A DNA stretch of 64,000 bases from a virus. Location of the stretch: positions 1,469 to 65,468 of IMG/VR virus record IMGVR_UViG_2716884901_000002. The stretch is one strand, 5' to 3'. Within the stretch, counting starts at the first letter, position 1. The number at the start of each line of letters is the position of its first letter. Positions 1 to 9,521 of this stretch are shown here, one piece after another. The position numbers and the translations under genes are program-made. A model generated the notes under the pieces. The model made no database searches. It worked only from the letters and a program-made list of their open reading frames with translations, and was not told the DNA's origin.

Positions 1-18
1 GTTTCTCCTGCGGCCAGA

Positions 19-195
19 TCAGGCCGTGAAGTGGTGCCCGACCTTAGCCGCCCGGGCGGCTTCCTCGGTGCGGAACATGATTTCTTTGGTGCCGGGGTGA
101 CCCTCAGCCTCGTACTCAACCGATACCCACCAGGCGCCGAACTTTCGGTACGGCTCGCCGAGGATCTTCGTGACGTAGCAGTCGATCAGGTTCAT
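19..195 (-). CDS. Small phage hypothetical protein (58 aa, MNLIDCYVTKILGEP...)
   Basis: Hand-translated ORF ATG 195 to TGA 19, co-oriented with the early-left operon; below ORF-track cutoff. Confidence 0.55.
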   Translation of the reverse strand: MNLIDCYVTKILGEPYRKFGAWWVSVEYEAEGHPGTKEIMFRTEEAARAAKVGHHFTA

Positions 196-233
196 GGATG
201 GTCTCCACGCCGCCGGTGGCGGCAGGTTGGTGG

Positions 234-560
234 TCAGTCGCAGCTGCTCGAGCTGGAGCCGCTATCGCTGGAGCTGCTGCTGTCGCTCGACGAGTAGCTG
301 CTGCCGCTGTCGTAGCTGCCGTAGTCACGACTGGCACACGAACTGCTCGAGCGAGCCGGATCGGGGCTGTCCGCCAGGTGGGTGGGGTACATGGGGCTGA
401 CCGGGCTCATGGGGTTGAGCGGGTCGAGCATCGGGTCTTGCCGGCCGGATGCCGAGCTGTGGCCGTGGGCATACCCGGTCGGGCCGAGCGCGGCGCGTTG
501 TGCTGGCTTCTTCTTGCGCTTAAACAGGCGGGCCAAGAACTTGAACATGAGTCTCTCCAT
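234..560 (-). CDS. Hypothetical protein with Ser-rich C-terminus
   Basis: 3' part of ORF 234..716, likely start MERLMFK; low-complexity SSSDSSSS tail. Confidence 0.55.
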   Translation of the reverse strand: MERLMFKFLARLFKRKKKPAQRAALGPTGYAHGHSSASGRQDPMLDPLNPMSPVSPMYPTHLADSPDPARSSSSCASRDYGSYDSGSSYSSSDSSSSSDSGSSSSSCD

Positions 561-598
561 GCCCGCGCATGTCGGCGGGCCTGAGTAGTGGGGAAAGG

Positions 599-787
599 TT
601 AAAGCAGGTGGGCGCCGGCTTCGAGCAGGCCGTCGCGGTCTTTGCGAAGATCGTCCCGCTCTGTGGCCAAGCGCTGGATCTCGCGGTGCAGGTATTGGGC
701 GATGGATTCGCCGCATCGCAGGTCGCCGGGAATGGCGCGGCCTTTGAGTGCGGCCTCCAGTTCGTGAAGAGTGAATTTCTCGATCAC
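599..787 (-). CDS. Hypothetical phage protein
   Basis: ORF with 4-bp overlap with the next gene; C-terminal coiled-coil. Confidence 0.55.
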   Translation of the reverse strand: MIEKFTLHELEAALKGRAIPGDLRCGESIAQYLHREIQRLATERDDLRKDRDGLLEAGAHLL

Positions 788-1116
788 GGCATCAGCTCCT
801 GTGGCACGTTAATGGTTTCGCCGCGGGCGTGGTGCACCACGGCGCGGGCTGCAGCTTCTGCCCGTGTGTCGCCCGGCTGACGGTCCAGCGGATGACCTGA
901 CACACAGGCCAGCCAGGGCCAGCTGTATCCTCGATCGATCCACATGCCGTGTTTGTGGACCAGATACTCACCGGTCGCGTCGTCGATAGCTTGACCACCA
1001 AGAGGTAGTTGCAGTTGGCCCGCCGCCGCCGGTATTGGGCCGTCTACCAACTCGACGGCCCAGAGCAGCGCTCTGCCGGCAAGGTCGCAGGTTTGCACCT
1101 TTATCAGGCCTGGCAT
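784..1116 (-). CDS. NinX/DUF2591-like phage protein, paralog A
   Basis: IKVQTCDLAGRALLWAV...INVPQELMP pattern, shared with 1104..1523. Confidence 0.6.
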   Translation of the reverse strand: MPGLIKVQTCDLAGRALLWAVELVDGPIPAAAGQLQLPLGGQAIDDATGEYLVHKHGMWIDRGYSWPWLACVSGHPLDRQPGDTRAEAAARAVVHHARGETINVPQELMP

Positions 1117-1523
1117 GGGATCAGCTCCTTTGGCACTTGGACGGTATCGCCGAGCTTGGCTGCGACATATGCACGGCATAGTGCGATCAATGGGGTAGGC
1201 CCGAAGCCGCACCAATCCACATTGCCAGCGACTGAAGCTTCGGCTGGGAATACCTTATCGGCGTACCATCCCCTATCCGCATACGGGCTGAGCTTGATCT
1301 TGTGCTGCTCGATCAGCTGCCCGCCAAGCGCCCAGTCTTCCCGCGGGTTGTAGCGCTTGGTGTGCACGATGGCCTCGCCCTGGTACCGGGCGAACACCCG
1401 GCAGGGCACGCCGTTGTAGCCGGGCGGCTCCAGATACACATCTAGCCCTTCGGCCTTGCCGACTGCCCAGCCCAGCGCCTCGCCGGCCAGGTCTGCCGTC
1501 TTCACGACGATCAGGTAGGTCAT
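1104..1523 (-). CDS. NinX/DUF2591-like phage protein, paralog B
   Basis: VKTADLAGEALGWAV...YNPREDWALGGQLIE...GPTPLIALCRAYVAAKLGDTVQVP, typical of this family. Confidence 0.65.
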   Translation of the reverse strand: MTYLIVVKTADLAGEALGWAVGKAEGLDVYLEPPGYNGVPCRVFARYQGEAIVHTKRYNPREDWALGGQLIEQHKIKLSPYADRGWYADKVFPAEASVAGNVDWCGFGPTPLIALCRAYVAAKLGDTVQVPKELIPCQA

Positions 1524-1774
1524 GGTCGATCACCTCGAAATGCTCGGCAGCCGGCGGCAATTGCGTCTCCGAAAAGCAGCCATACCACCCAAGCCGCACC
1601 CAGCGGGTACCAGACCCAATCCGGCAAGAACTGAAGAAGCCAAATAATGGGCAGGCCGATGGCGAGCACGATCAGGCAGAAGACGATCATGAACAGGTGA
1701 AGCCCCAGATCACGCTTACCAGTTCGGCTCATTGCGGTTAGTGCGGCGCGTAGCCGCTCTTTCATTTGGCTCAC
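1520..1774 (-). CDS. Small membrane protein
   Basis: Two hydrophobic segments; 4-bp overlaps on both sides. Confidence 0.55.
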   Translation of the reverse strand: MSQMKERLRAALTAMSRTGKRDLGLHLFMIVFCLIVLAIGLPIIWLLQFLPDWVWYPLGAAWVVWLLFGDAIAAGCRAFRGDRP

Positions 1775-2043
1775 AGACGATACCTCTCATCAATCCAGCG
1801 CCCAGGCGCCAGAGCGGGTGTAGGTTCGGGTTGGGTTTCGTGCGGGGAGAGCTGGCGCTCGTTGCCTGCCACTTGCGGCAGCCATACCTTCACGCAGCTG
1901 ATGGCGTTGTTGCCCAGCGAGTTCATGACGTAGCAGACGACGCCGCGGGGCTTATCCTCGAAGGACGAGACGCCTGGCGGCAGTTCGGTTGCGCTGGCGC
2001 CGGTGGCCAGCAGCAGGAGGCAGAGGGCGAGGCGGGTCATCAA
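1771..2043 (-). CDS. Small exported protein
   Basis: Signal-peptide-like N-terminus MTRLALCLLLLATGASA. Confidence 0.55.
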   Translation of the reverse strand: MMTRLALCLLLLATGASATELPPGVSSFEDKPRGVVCYVMNSLGNNAISCVKVWLPQVAGNERQLSPHETQPEPTPALAPGRWIDERYRL

Positions 2044-2543
2044 TAGTCCTCCCAGTTCAGTCCCTTGATGAAGTCACCGCCGGCGCACAGCCTCTCATCT
2101 GTGATGGATTCCACATCCTTGAGGTCTTCAAGAGCGGTCTTCGCACGCTCCATGGCGAGCTGTGCGTGACCGAGTTGGCGCCGCTTCCTGACCTTGTAGG
2201 AATGAAGGGCCTTCGCCTTATCCGGGTACGCAAACCGGCGTCCGTACGACGCTTTCAGCACGCGCTTGATGTGCGGGCTCTTGCGGCCTTCGGCCACGCA
2301 TATCCGGGCTAGGCCAACAAAGCGATAGGGAGCAATCCAATAGCAGTGTTCCGACTCGCGGAGCACGACAAAGCGCTGGCAGACGATGGTCACCCCATCA
2401 GGGCTGATCTCGTCGACGTATCGGAAATGGTCCGGCCAAGCCGGTTGCTTTTCTGCAGGCATGACTTCGTCCTTGGCCGCCATATCGCGGCAGTGAATAG
2501 AGGGGAGAGGGGTTACAGCTTGGAGTACAGATGTGCTCTTCAC
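2040..2543 (-). CDS. Hypothetical phage protein
   Basis: Operon-packed ORF; start uncertain. Confidence 0.55.
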   Translation of the reverse strand: MKSTSVLQAVTPLPSIHCRDMAAKDEVMPAEKQPAWPDHFRYVDEISPDGVTIVCQRFVVLRESEHCYWIAPYRFVGLARICVAEGRKSPHIKRVLKASYGRRFAYPDKAKALHSYKVRKRRQLGHAQLAMERAKTALEDLKDVESITDERLCAGGDFIKGLNWEDY

Positions 2544-2553
2544 GAGCCGCGGC

Positions 2554-3279
2554 TTACTCGCCCTGGTTGGCCAGACCGTTCAGTCGCTGAAAGGAGGTGC
2601 CGGGGATGCCTTGGCCGCGCTCATCTGGTGGCGCATCCTCATCGCGCAGGTCGTAGCGTTTGAGCAGATCGATCAACTGGCGCTGGTCGTGGATGGCTTG
2701 GATGCACGGATGACCAGGTAGATTGGCTGGCTTCTCGAAGGAGATCCGGTCATAGCCATTGCCGCCGACATGCCAGGCAATCGGCGCGCTCGGCTCTGCG
2801 CTGGCGGATAGGGCGGCGGATATCCTCCGCTTGTCGGGCCAGGACAAGATCGTCTTGCCTTCAAGGTCGCGCAGCAGCGCATCCCGCTCAGCCAGTTGGG
2901 CGCGCAGCCTTCCAACCTCGGCGCCAATCTCATCGCGCTCGTCGTTGAGGTTACGAATGATCTGTGAAAGCTGGTCAATCTCGCCGGTATCGAACATCGG
3001 CCCAATCGGCGTGATGGTCTTGCCAGTCTCCGCCGCATCCCTCTCTGCCTCTTCTTTGGTCCACCAGAAGGCAGTACCAACCATCCAGGCTATAGGGTCG
3101 GGGTGGAGCTGCGGGGCTGGCTGTGGCCGATGAACCGTTACTGTTTCGCCAATCTCCAGCCATGAAGGCAATGTGCGAATCTCCGCCAGGCGCAGCTCAA
3201 CCTGCGACTGTCCTGGCGTATAGCCGCACACTTTGGCGCTGACCATCTCTGTGTTGCTGGATCGGTTTTCTGTGGGCAT
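2554..3279 (-). CDS. Hypothetical phage protein with central coiled-coil
   Basis: 241-aa ORF with RBS (ggag) upstream of MPTENRSS. Confidence 0.6.
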   Translation of the reverse strand: MPTENRSSNTEMVSAKVCGYTPGQSQVELRLAEIRTLPSWLEIGETVTVHRPQPAPQLHPDPIAWMVGTAFWWTKEEAERDAAETGKTITPIGPMFDTGEIDQLSQIIRNLNDERDEIGAEVGRLRAQLAERDALLRDLEGKTILSWPDKRRISAALSASAEPSAPIAWHVGGNGYDRISFEKPANLPGHPCIQAIHDQRQLIDLLKRYDLRDEDAPPDERGQGIPGTSFQRLNGLANQGE

Positions 3280-3292
3280 GGGTAACTCCGGA

Positions 3293-5131
3293 TCAAGCGG
3301 CTACTGCCTGGGATGTGGTGGTCCGCCATGGGTCGTTGGCGCGGGCGAGGGCGGCCATTGGCGGCGGGCTGACGCTGTTGCCGCACATATGCACCTGTTC
3401 GGTCTTCGTGAACGGCTTGCCGTCGGCGCCCTTGTCGATGATGTAGCTGGCCGGGAAGCCTTGGGCGCGGTACAGCTCGTGCGGCTGCAGCATGCGCAGG
3501 CAGATGTCGACGATGACGTAGGGCGTGCCCTTCACGAAGACGGTGACCAGACCCAGGCGGTCCTTGGTGGTCACTGTCGGTGCCGGCGAGTCGCAAGCGC
3601 TGATGTTCTCGGTTCCGTAGTAGCTGATCAGGAACGCGGCGACGCGCAGGGCGCCTTCCTCGTGCTCTGGTGACAGCTTGTATTCGACCAGGGCGTGATG
3701 CTCGGCGCCGGCGGTCATAGTCGGCACTGGTTCGTCGACGGCCCGCCCGGTGCAGTTGCGGCGCAGTGTGGCCAGGCTGGCCGTCACCAGGCGCTGTTGG
3801 CTGCCGGTGTTGGTCACAGTGGTCATCGGCTCGTCGGCGCCTTTTGCCGGCGTGGTGTTGAAGCCGCCATTGGCCTGCTCGATGAAGGCAGTGCACACGC
3901 CCATGGCATGGGCCGCACCTGCAGGCCGCTTGTAGTTGCCGCCGCTGGTGATGGTTGGCACCGGGTCAGTGACGGGTGAGCCTTCGCTGTTGAACCGGAA
4001 CTTGACCAGGTGTGCCGCCGCCATCATCAGCTCGCCCCGGTTGGCTGCTGTCACAGTCGGCAAGGGGGCGGTCGGGTCGTTCACTCGGTCGGCGCCCTGG
4101 TGGGTTGCCGGAAGAACGACGGGGCTTGCCATGGCGAATGATCCGCCGCGGGGCCAGGATGTGACGGTACGCAGCGGCTCGTCGGCAGACTGGGCCAGCT
4201 CGCCCGACCAGTTCGCGATCGGCACTATGAAGGGCTGGGGGTTGTCCAGCACGAACTTCTTCATGCCCTTGGCCACTCGACGCAGGGTGGCGTCGGCCAG
4301 CGCTTTCTTGCGCCCGAAGATGCTCTTGCTCGGCACGCTCCAGTCGATGCAGTCCGCGGCGGTGCGCCACTTCTGCTGGCCCTTGGCTGGATTCTTGGCG
4401 TGGGTCGGCTCAGGCCACACGATGGGCTGTCCGTCACAGCGGGCGATCATGAACAGGCGCTCCCGGCTAGTTGGTGCACCAAAGTCGCAGGCCTTGATGA
4501 TCCGCCATTCCACCTGGTAGCCCATGCCTTCCAGCAGGTGCACGAATCGGCGCCAGGTGATGCCGCGGCGCTTCGGGTCTGGCACGAGAAACTGCTGTTG
4601 GACCGGAACGCGCTCGCCGACAGCCGCTACGGTTCCGTCCAGCTTCATCACTCGCCCGGTGGCCTTGTCGCGCTTGGCGATCAGCGGGCCCCACTGCAAA
4701 ATCTGCTTCACGTTCTCCAGGCTGATGACCCGAGGCTTCTTCTTGCCCGCCCACTTCAAGCCGATCCATGACAGGTTCCGGATCTCGCGCTTGCGCGGCT
4801 GGCCGCCGGCTGCCTGGCTGTGGTGGGTGCAGTCTGGGCTCATGTGGAACCAGCCCACGGCACGGCCCTGGCATTCCTCGTCCGGGTCGCCCTCGAAAAC
4901 GTCTGTGGTGAAGTGGCGCGCCGCTGGGTGGTTGGCGGTGTGCATGCTGATGGCTGCAGGGCTGTGGTTCTTGGCGACCGTCACCGGGCGGCCCAGGCCC
5001 ATCTCCAGGCCGGTACCGGCGCCGCCGCCACCGCAGAAGAAGTCGACCACGATCTCATCGTCCTGAGGGTCGAAGCCGAGGCCGTACTGGGTTTTGAAGT
5101 CGAGGTGGTTCTTTTTCTGAAACGCAGACAT
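3293..5131 (-). CDS. DNA (cytosine-5) methyltransferase
   Basis: Motif I FFCGGGG, catalytic SPDC, ENV, RER and C-terminal GNSV motifs. Confidence 0.9.
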   Translation of the reverse strand: MSAFQKKNHLDFKTQYGLGFDPQDDEIVVDFFCGGGGAGTGLEMGLGRPVTVAKNHSPAAISMHTANHPAARHFTTDVFEGDPDEECQGRAVGWFHMSPDCTHHSQAAGGQPRKREIRNLSWIGLKWAGKKKPRVISLENVKQILQWGPLIAKRDKATGRVMKLDGTVAAVGERVPVQQQFLVPDPKRRGITWRRFVHLLEGMGYQVEWRIIKACDFGAPTSRERLFMIARCDGQPIVWPEPTHAKNPAKGQQKWRTAADCIDWSVPSKSIFGRKKALADATLRRVAKGMKKFVLDNPQPFIVPIANWSGELAQSADEPLRTVTSWPRGGSFAMASPVVLPATHQGADRVNDPTAPLPTVTAANRGELMMAAAHLVKFRFNSEGSPVTDPVPTITSGGNYKRPAGAAHAMGVCTAFIEQANGGFNTTPAKGADEPMTTVTNTGSQQRLVTASLATLRRNCTGRAVDEPVPTMTAGAEHHALVEYKLSPEHEEGALRVAAFLISYYGTENISACDSPAPTVTTKDRLGLVTVFVKGTPYVIVDICLRMLQPHELYRAQGFPASYIIDKGADGKPFTKTEQVHMCGNSVSPPPMAALARANDPWRTTTSQAVAA

Positions 5132-5200
5132 GGGCGGTCCTCGCCGGTTGGCGTGAGTCGTTATCGTTGAATAGGGGAAGGCGCTGGCGGGCAGCGCTGG

Positions 5201-5563
5201 TCAGGCCCGTTCTGCGAGCAGGATCAGGCCGGTATCGTCCGGGTCGTTGCCAAGCATGAGGTCTGGCGTGCGAAGTTCGCGGCTGATGCGGAACCGGTCT
5301 AGCTTTCGCGCCACGGAAGGGCTCAATTCAATCTTGTGGCGCGGAGGTTTTAGCAGCTTGACCGCTTCTTCTCGGGTCAGCTCGTGAAGACGATGAATCA
5401 TCAGCGTCATCGCCTCGCCCTGTTCCTCGATCCCGGCCCACTCCATCAGTTCCAGCAGGGCCTGTTTAGTCCCTGGTCGAACCTTCAAGCGCAGGTCTTC
5501 TTCCTGTAGGCGCTCGGCCTTCTCGCGCCGGCGCCGGTCGCGCTCTTGCGGTGACATCGCCAT
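5201..5563 (-). CDS. Hypothetical phage protein
   Basis: 120-aa ORF in operon. Confidence 0.6.
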   Translation of the reverse strand: MAMSPQERDRRRREKAERLQEEDLRLKVRPGTKQALLELMEWAGIEEQGEAMTLMIHRLHELTREEAVKLLKPPRHKIELSPSVARKLDRFRISRELRTPDLMLGNDPDDTGLILLAERA

Positions 5564-5644
5564 ACGGCAGCTCCATGATTCCGCTGGGCGGGATGTGTAT
5601 GTGCAGCTGGCGGCGACGCTGCTGCGTGAGTTTCTGGATGCGTC

Positions 5645-5809
5645 TCATGGGTGGCACACCTCAATGGGCGTTTTTTTCGTCGTGCCAGACGGCATGACCA
5701 CCAGCAGACGTTTGTTTCCTCGGTATACGCCCCAAGGCTGGCCAGTGGATTTGGCCATGGCCGCCGCGTACTTCACGGCTGGCACAGGCTGAGACATGGT
5801 GGCGATCAT
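5645..5809 (-). CDS. Small hypothetical protein (54 aa, MIATMSQPVPAVKYAAA...)
   Basis: Hand-translated ORF filling the gap; ATGA overlap with next ORF. Confidence 0.45.
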   Translation of the reverse strand: MIATMSQPVPAVKYAAAMAKSTGQPWGVYRGNKRLLVVMPSGTTKKTPIEVCHP

Positions 5810-5811
5810 GC

Positions 5812-6330
5812 CTACTCCCGATTCCGCTGTAGCGGGAAATCAATGCCAAACTCATCAAGGATCCGCACAAGCCGACAGTTGCCGATACCCAGCTCAGACG
5901 TGGTCCGGCATCTGGACTTGCCAGCATCACGCATGGCAATGATCTTGTCGGCCAAGTCGCGATCCTCCTGGCTCGGTTCGGCATTTACCTTCGCCGGTTT
6001 GGACGGTTTCGGCGGGCTGAAGAACCTGAATCCTCCCCGCGCCGCCACTCCCCAGAGAGCGGTCTTGGTTTCGCCCAGGAATTTTGCGACCTCACCACAG
6101 GTCATGGTCTTGGCGAGCTCTTCGATCTGAGCTGTGCGGGCCTTGGCGCGGTTTTTGCGCTCGCCGCCGCGCTCCTGATTGATTGGCTTGGCCCGCTTTG
6201 GCTTTGGTTCGGGGTGCTTGCGCTGCCGAAAAGGCACGTATTCGAAGCCCTCCAGCACGACCAGCTGGCCGCCAGATGCGAAGAAGGCAGCCTTCGCTGC
6301 CTCCAGGTCGATTGATTGGTTCATGCTCAC
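5812..6330 (-). CDS. Hypothetical phage protein (possible HTH-type C-terminus)
   Basis: 172-aa ORF directly downstream of the exonuclease. Confidence 0.6.
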   Translation of the reverse strand: MSMNQSIDLEAAKAAFFASGGQLVVLEGFEYVPFRQRKHPEPKPKRAKPINQERGGERKNRAKARTAQIEELAKTMTCGEVAKFLGETKTALWGVAARGGFRFFSPPKPSKPAKVNAEPSQEDRDLADKIIAMRDAGKSRCRTTSELGIGNCRLVRILDEFGIDFPLQRNRE

Positions 6331-6331
6331 C

Positions 6332-6949
6332 TCATGCTGCGATTCCGAGCACGCGATTCATGCGCTCGTCGAGGATTTCGTAGAAGGTTTTCACGCGCTC
6401 CGACAGCTTGCGGATCATCGCCTCATCCCGGTAGGCGCGCTTCACGAACAGCGGCATGCCCGGCCAGTAGCAGATGAAGTCGATCCACTCGCGCTCGGAC
6501 ACCCACAAGCCGCCCTGGCACTGGGCGACATGCTCTTTTGGGATCTCGCCACCCAAGATCACGTCGACCTGCAGCTTTGGCAGCTTGGTCTTGATCTCGG
6601 TCAGGCCGTTGTCGCCGACCAGGGCGTCTGGTGAGTAGCCAATGCCATGATTCAGGATGATCCCCACCTGGTAGGTCTGGACGTCCTCGCGGTCGCAGTA
6701 CAGGCCCCGGGCGGTGCCTTCCAGTTCGTGGCCGCGCTCGGTATGGCGATTGCCGGTGAAGGGATCAGCTGCCTCACCGGTGATGCGCTCACCGATCAGG
6801 GTGTTCATGTAGGTGAAGGCGCCGGCGCCGAAACCTGCCTCGCCCTTGCCGTTCACCAGCAGGCAATCCAGCTCGCTGCAGGTGATGATGCCCAGGCGCA
6901 GGTCCAGCCAGGCCTGAGTGCCTTGCTCGACGTCTGAGATGATCTGCAT
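6332..6949 (-). CDS. YqaJ-like viral recombinase / lambda-exonuclease family
   Basis: QGTQAWLDLR, GHELE, YSPD, EIK and QCQ motifs. Confidence 0.9.
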   Translation of the reverse strand: MQIISDVEQGTQAWLDLRLGIITCSELDCLLVNGKGEAGFGAGAFTYMNTLIGERITGEAADPFTGNRHTERGHELEGTARGLYCDREDVQTYQVGIILNHGIGYSPDALVGDNGLTEIKTKLPKLQVDVILGGEIPKEHVAQCQGGLWVSEREWIDFICYWPGMPLFVKRAYRDEAMIRKLSERVKTFYEILDERMNRVLGIAA

Positions 6950-6952
6950 GGT

Positions 6953-7711
6953 TTACTCCTGCGGCCGGCTGGCCGATTTAGTGAGGCGGGCTAGCACAAC
7001 GTCGAACTCGGATTTGTAAACGTTGGCAGAGCAGCCGTATTTGGCCGTGAAGTTGTCGACCAGCACCTGGGTACATTTCTTCAGCAGCGCGTCGAGCTGT
7101 GCAGCTTGTCGCGGGGTGATTACTTGCTCGACAGGCTCCTGCGAAGTAGCAGCCCCTTGGCCGTCATCGTCTTCCCCGGTTGTGGTGAAGTTCAGCAGCG
7201 CGCCCGCCGTGTATCGCTTCCCATAGCTGACCGAACTGGCAACTGCCTGGACGGCATTCTTGCTGCCGGTAGCATCGGCTGGCAGCAGGATTGATGTCGT
7301 TTCCCTATGTCCGTCGCGATGGCTAAGCACACCCTCAACTTCGATGCCTTTTTCGGTGCGTGGGATCCGGAAGGTGAGTGCAAAGCCATGCCTTGCCAGG
7401 ATGGGCTTCAGCTCTTCGTTGATGTCCTCCCACAGGGCGTAGGTGGATTGGACATTTTTGTACTTGTCCTTGATGGCCCCGCGCTCACGGATAACAGGAA
7501 GCTCTTCTTGCATTGCCGCTAGAGCGGCATCGAACGCTTGCTGAGCCTGCTGCGCCTGGTGCTGGCGGTGCATGGCCATCAGTCGCTCCATCTTGTCGAT
7601 GTCTGCGTTTGGCGACATTGCGACCTGCTGGATGATCTGCAGGATGGTCACCGACTCGGCGGTTACAGCTGGCGGCTGGGATTGGGTTTCTACCCTGGCG
7701 ACTTGGCTCAT
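6953..7711 (-). CDS. erf: ERF-family single-strand annealing protein
   Basis: YALWEDI...LARHG...QAVASSVSYGKRY...EDDDG ERF signature; adjacent to exonuclease. Confidence 0.85.
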   Translation of the reverse strand: MSQVARVETQSQPPAVTAESVTILQIIQQVAMSPNADIDKMERLMAMHRQHQAQQAQQAFDAALAAMQEELPVIRERGAIKDKYKNVQSTYALWEDINEELKPILARHGFALTFRIPRTEKGIEVEGVLSHRDGHRETTSILLPADATGSKNAVQAVASSVSYGKRYTAGALLNFTTTGEDDDGQGAATSQEPVEQVITPRQAAQLDALLKKCTQVLVDNFTAKYGCSANVYKSEFDVVLARLTKSASRPQE

Positions 7712-7718
7712 GGCGACC

Positions 7719-8843
7719 TCAGTAGGAAATTGCGATGTTCGGGATCTTGCGCTGGGCGATCAGGGTGACCGCTTGCTTGGCGCACGCTTCAGGCATGCCC
7801 TCGGCCATGAAGGCTTCCAGGGCGGCGCGGTTGATGCTGGCTCGGTGCGCCTTATCGGCCTCGCGAGCTTCTTGCTGGCGGAGGATCTCGGCAGCCGCGG
7901 CGTCGGCCCGGCGGCGCTCGTCCTGGCGTGCCTGCTCAGCTGCTTCTTCAGCCCGGCGGGCGGCGGCTTGCCGCTCCTGCTCAATCCGCTGCTCGGCGGC
8001 AACGCGGTCAGCTTCAGCCCTGATCCGGGCGCTCTCGGCTTGCTCGGCCTGCAACTTGAGCTGGAGGCGCTGGTTCTCGGCTTCGCGCTCTTGCGCAGCG
8101 GCCTGGTCAAGCAGTTCCTGCTCACGACGGGCTGCCGCTTCGCGTTCTGCTTGCTGCTGCTGAGCCACGCGTTGGCGCTCGGCCTCGACGGCGGCCTCCT
8201 GGGCTGCCCGAATGCGATCCTGCTCGGCGCGCTCTTCTGCTTCGCGGCGCAGGCGGGCCAATTCGGCTTGCTCGGCGTCGTACTTCTCGCGCTTGGCCAG
8301 GCCGGCACGCAAGGCATTCAGGACTTTATCCTTCTCGCGAGCGGCTTCAGCTTCAAACTCTTCCCACTCAGGCCCGATCACCACCTCTTCGACAGAAGCG
8401 ATGCGATCCTTGATGTCCGTCGCCTCCAGAGCATCCAGGCCATCGTCACGATTGCGCAGCCAGTCCAGGCGGTCGTTGTGGCGATCAATGCGGGCGTCCT
8501 CGGCGGCCTCCCATTCGGTGAGTGGCCGGCGCGTCTCGTCCCGCAGCGTGTCCATCTTGGTCACGAACTCGCGCAGCTCGGCTTCGACCACCTTCGGCAT
8601 TTCCTTCAGCCGACGCAGGTAGTCGCGGCCCGGCTTCTCGACGGCGGTCTTCGACTTGCTGACCTTGGCGGCCAGGCTGGCGATGCGCTCGCGGCCCTTG
8701 CGGGTGGTCAGGTCGGGCACTTCGCCTTCGACCTCAGCCTTCACCAGGTCGATAAATTGCTTCAGGCCGCCGGCCACGTAGATGGCCGGGGCGTTCTCCT
8801 CGCTGATCTCTTCGATCGCGATCAGTTTCTGTTCTGCGGACAT
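7719..8843 (-). CDS. Long coiled-coil phage protein
   Basis: 374-aa A/E/R/Q-rich ORF upstream of erf. Confidence 0.75.
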   Translation of the reverse strand: MSAEQKLIAIEEISEENAPAIYVAGGLKQFIDLVKAEVEGEVPDLTTRKGRERIASLAAKVSKSKTAVEKPGRDYLRRLKEMPKVVEAELREFVTKMDTLRDETRRPLTEWEAAEDARIDRHNDRLDWLRNRDDGLDALEATDIKDRIASVEEVVIGPEWEEFEAEAAREKDKVLNALRAGLAKREKYDAEQAELARLRREAEERAEQDRIRAAQEAAVEAERQRVAQQQQAEREAAARREQELLDQAAAQEREAENQRLQLKLQAEQAESARIRAEADRVAAEQRIEQERQAAARRAEEAAEQARQDERRRADAAAAEILRQQEAREADKAHRASINRAALEAFMAEGMPEACAKQAVTLIAQRKIPNIAISY

Positions 8844-9016
8844 TAGAAAACCTCGCGCCTGGCCGGCGCCGTCAGTTGAAAGGGGAAATGCCAGGTCACC
8901 CGGATTGGAGGTGCCACCAGGCCCTGGCTGCGGTGGATGATTGCGCGCTCTCGCCGCTTACGCTCCCGAAGGGGTACGGTTATCCCGAAGGCCCGCCGTG
9001 TTCGGGTGCGTGTGAT

Positions 9017-9130
9017 TCAGGAAGTGATGCAGCCGGCCCAGGCGCTCGCAAGCATCCAGGCGGTGCAAATGAATAGGGTGGTAAAGCTGCCGCGCCAGAA
9101 GGCCCAGCGGCGGGCTTGCTGGCGGGTCAT
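9017..9130 (-). CDS. Small TM peptide (MTRQQARRWAFWRG...)
   Basis: 3' part of ORF 9017..9205; ATGA coupling to the upstream gene; hydrophobic C-terminus. Confidence 0.4.
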   Translation of the reverse strand: MTRQQARRWAFWRGSFTTLFICTAWMLASAWAGCITS

Positions 9131-9297
9131 GGCCGAGGCCTCACTGCCAGCTGGCCAGACTTGATGGCCGCAACAACCTCGGGAGGCAGCTTCTGCACGG
9201 GCCATTCACGAGGAACGCCAGCGCCGATGATGGCGAGGCTGCGCTCGATCTGCTCGAGCTGTTCGTCAATCAGGGACTTCACAGGTGCTGTGGTCAT
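9127..9297 (-). CDS. Small hypothetical protein (56 aa, MTTAPVKSLIDEQLEQ...)
   Basis: Hand-translated ORF with 4-bp overlaps on both sides. Confidence 0.55.
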   Translation of the reverse strand: MTTAPVKSLIDEQLEQIERSLAIIGAGVPREWPVQKLPPEVVAAIKSGQLAVRPRP

Positions 9298-9521
9298 GCT
9301 GATTCCCTCAGTTGCTCAACGCGCTCAGTGGTGGTGACGAAGACCTTGTCGCGGATGCTGTTCAGCGTCGGAAGATCAAAGAGGCTGATCTTCTCGAAGC
9401 CTTCGAGCATGCCAAGGACAAAGGTCTGGTCCGGAACTGGGGTTGGCGACTTGGCCAGCTGGCGAAGTTGGGACATCACTTCGCCGATCGCCAGGGCGTG
9501 CATCTGCTCGGGGCTGTTCAA
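9294..9521 (-). CDS. Hypothetical protein (TTG start)
   Basis: 3' part of ORF 9294..9647; TTGA overlap with upstream stop. Confidence 0.5.
   Translation of the reverse strand: MNSPEQMHALAIGEVMSQLRQLAKSPTPVPDQTFVLGMLEGFEKISLFDLPTLNSIRDKVFVTTTERVEQLRESA

Noticed and set aside
7572-8846. 424-aa plus-strand ORF
   Set aside because: Antisense shadow of the coiled-coil gene 7719..8843; expected in GC-rich DNA with biased codons
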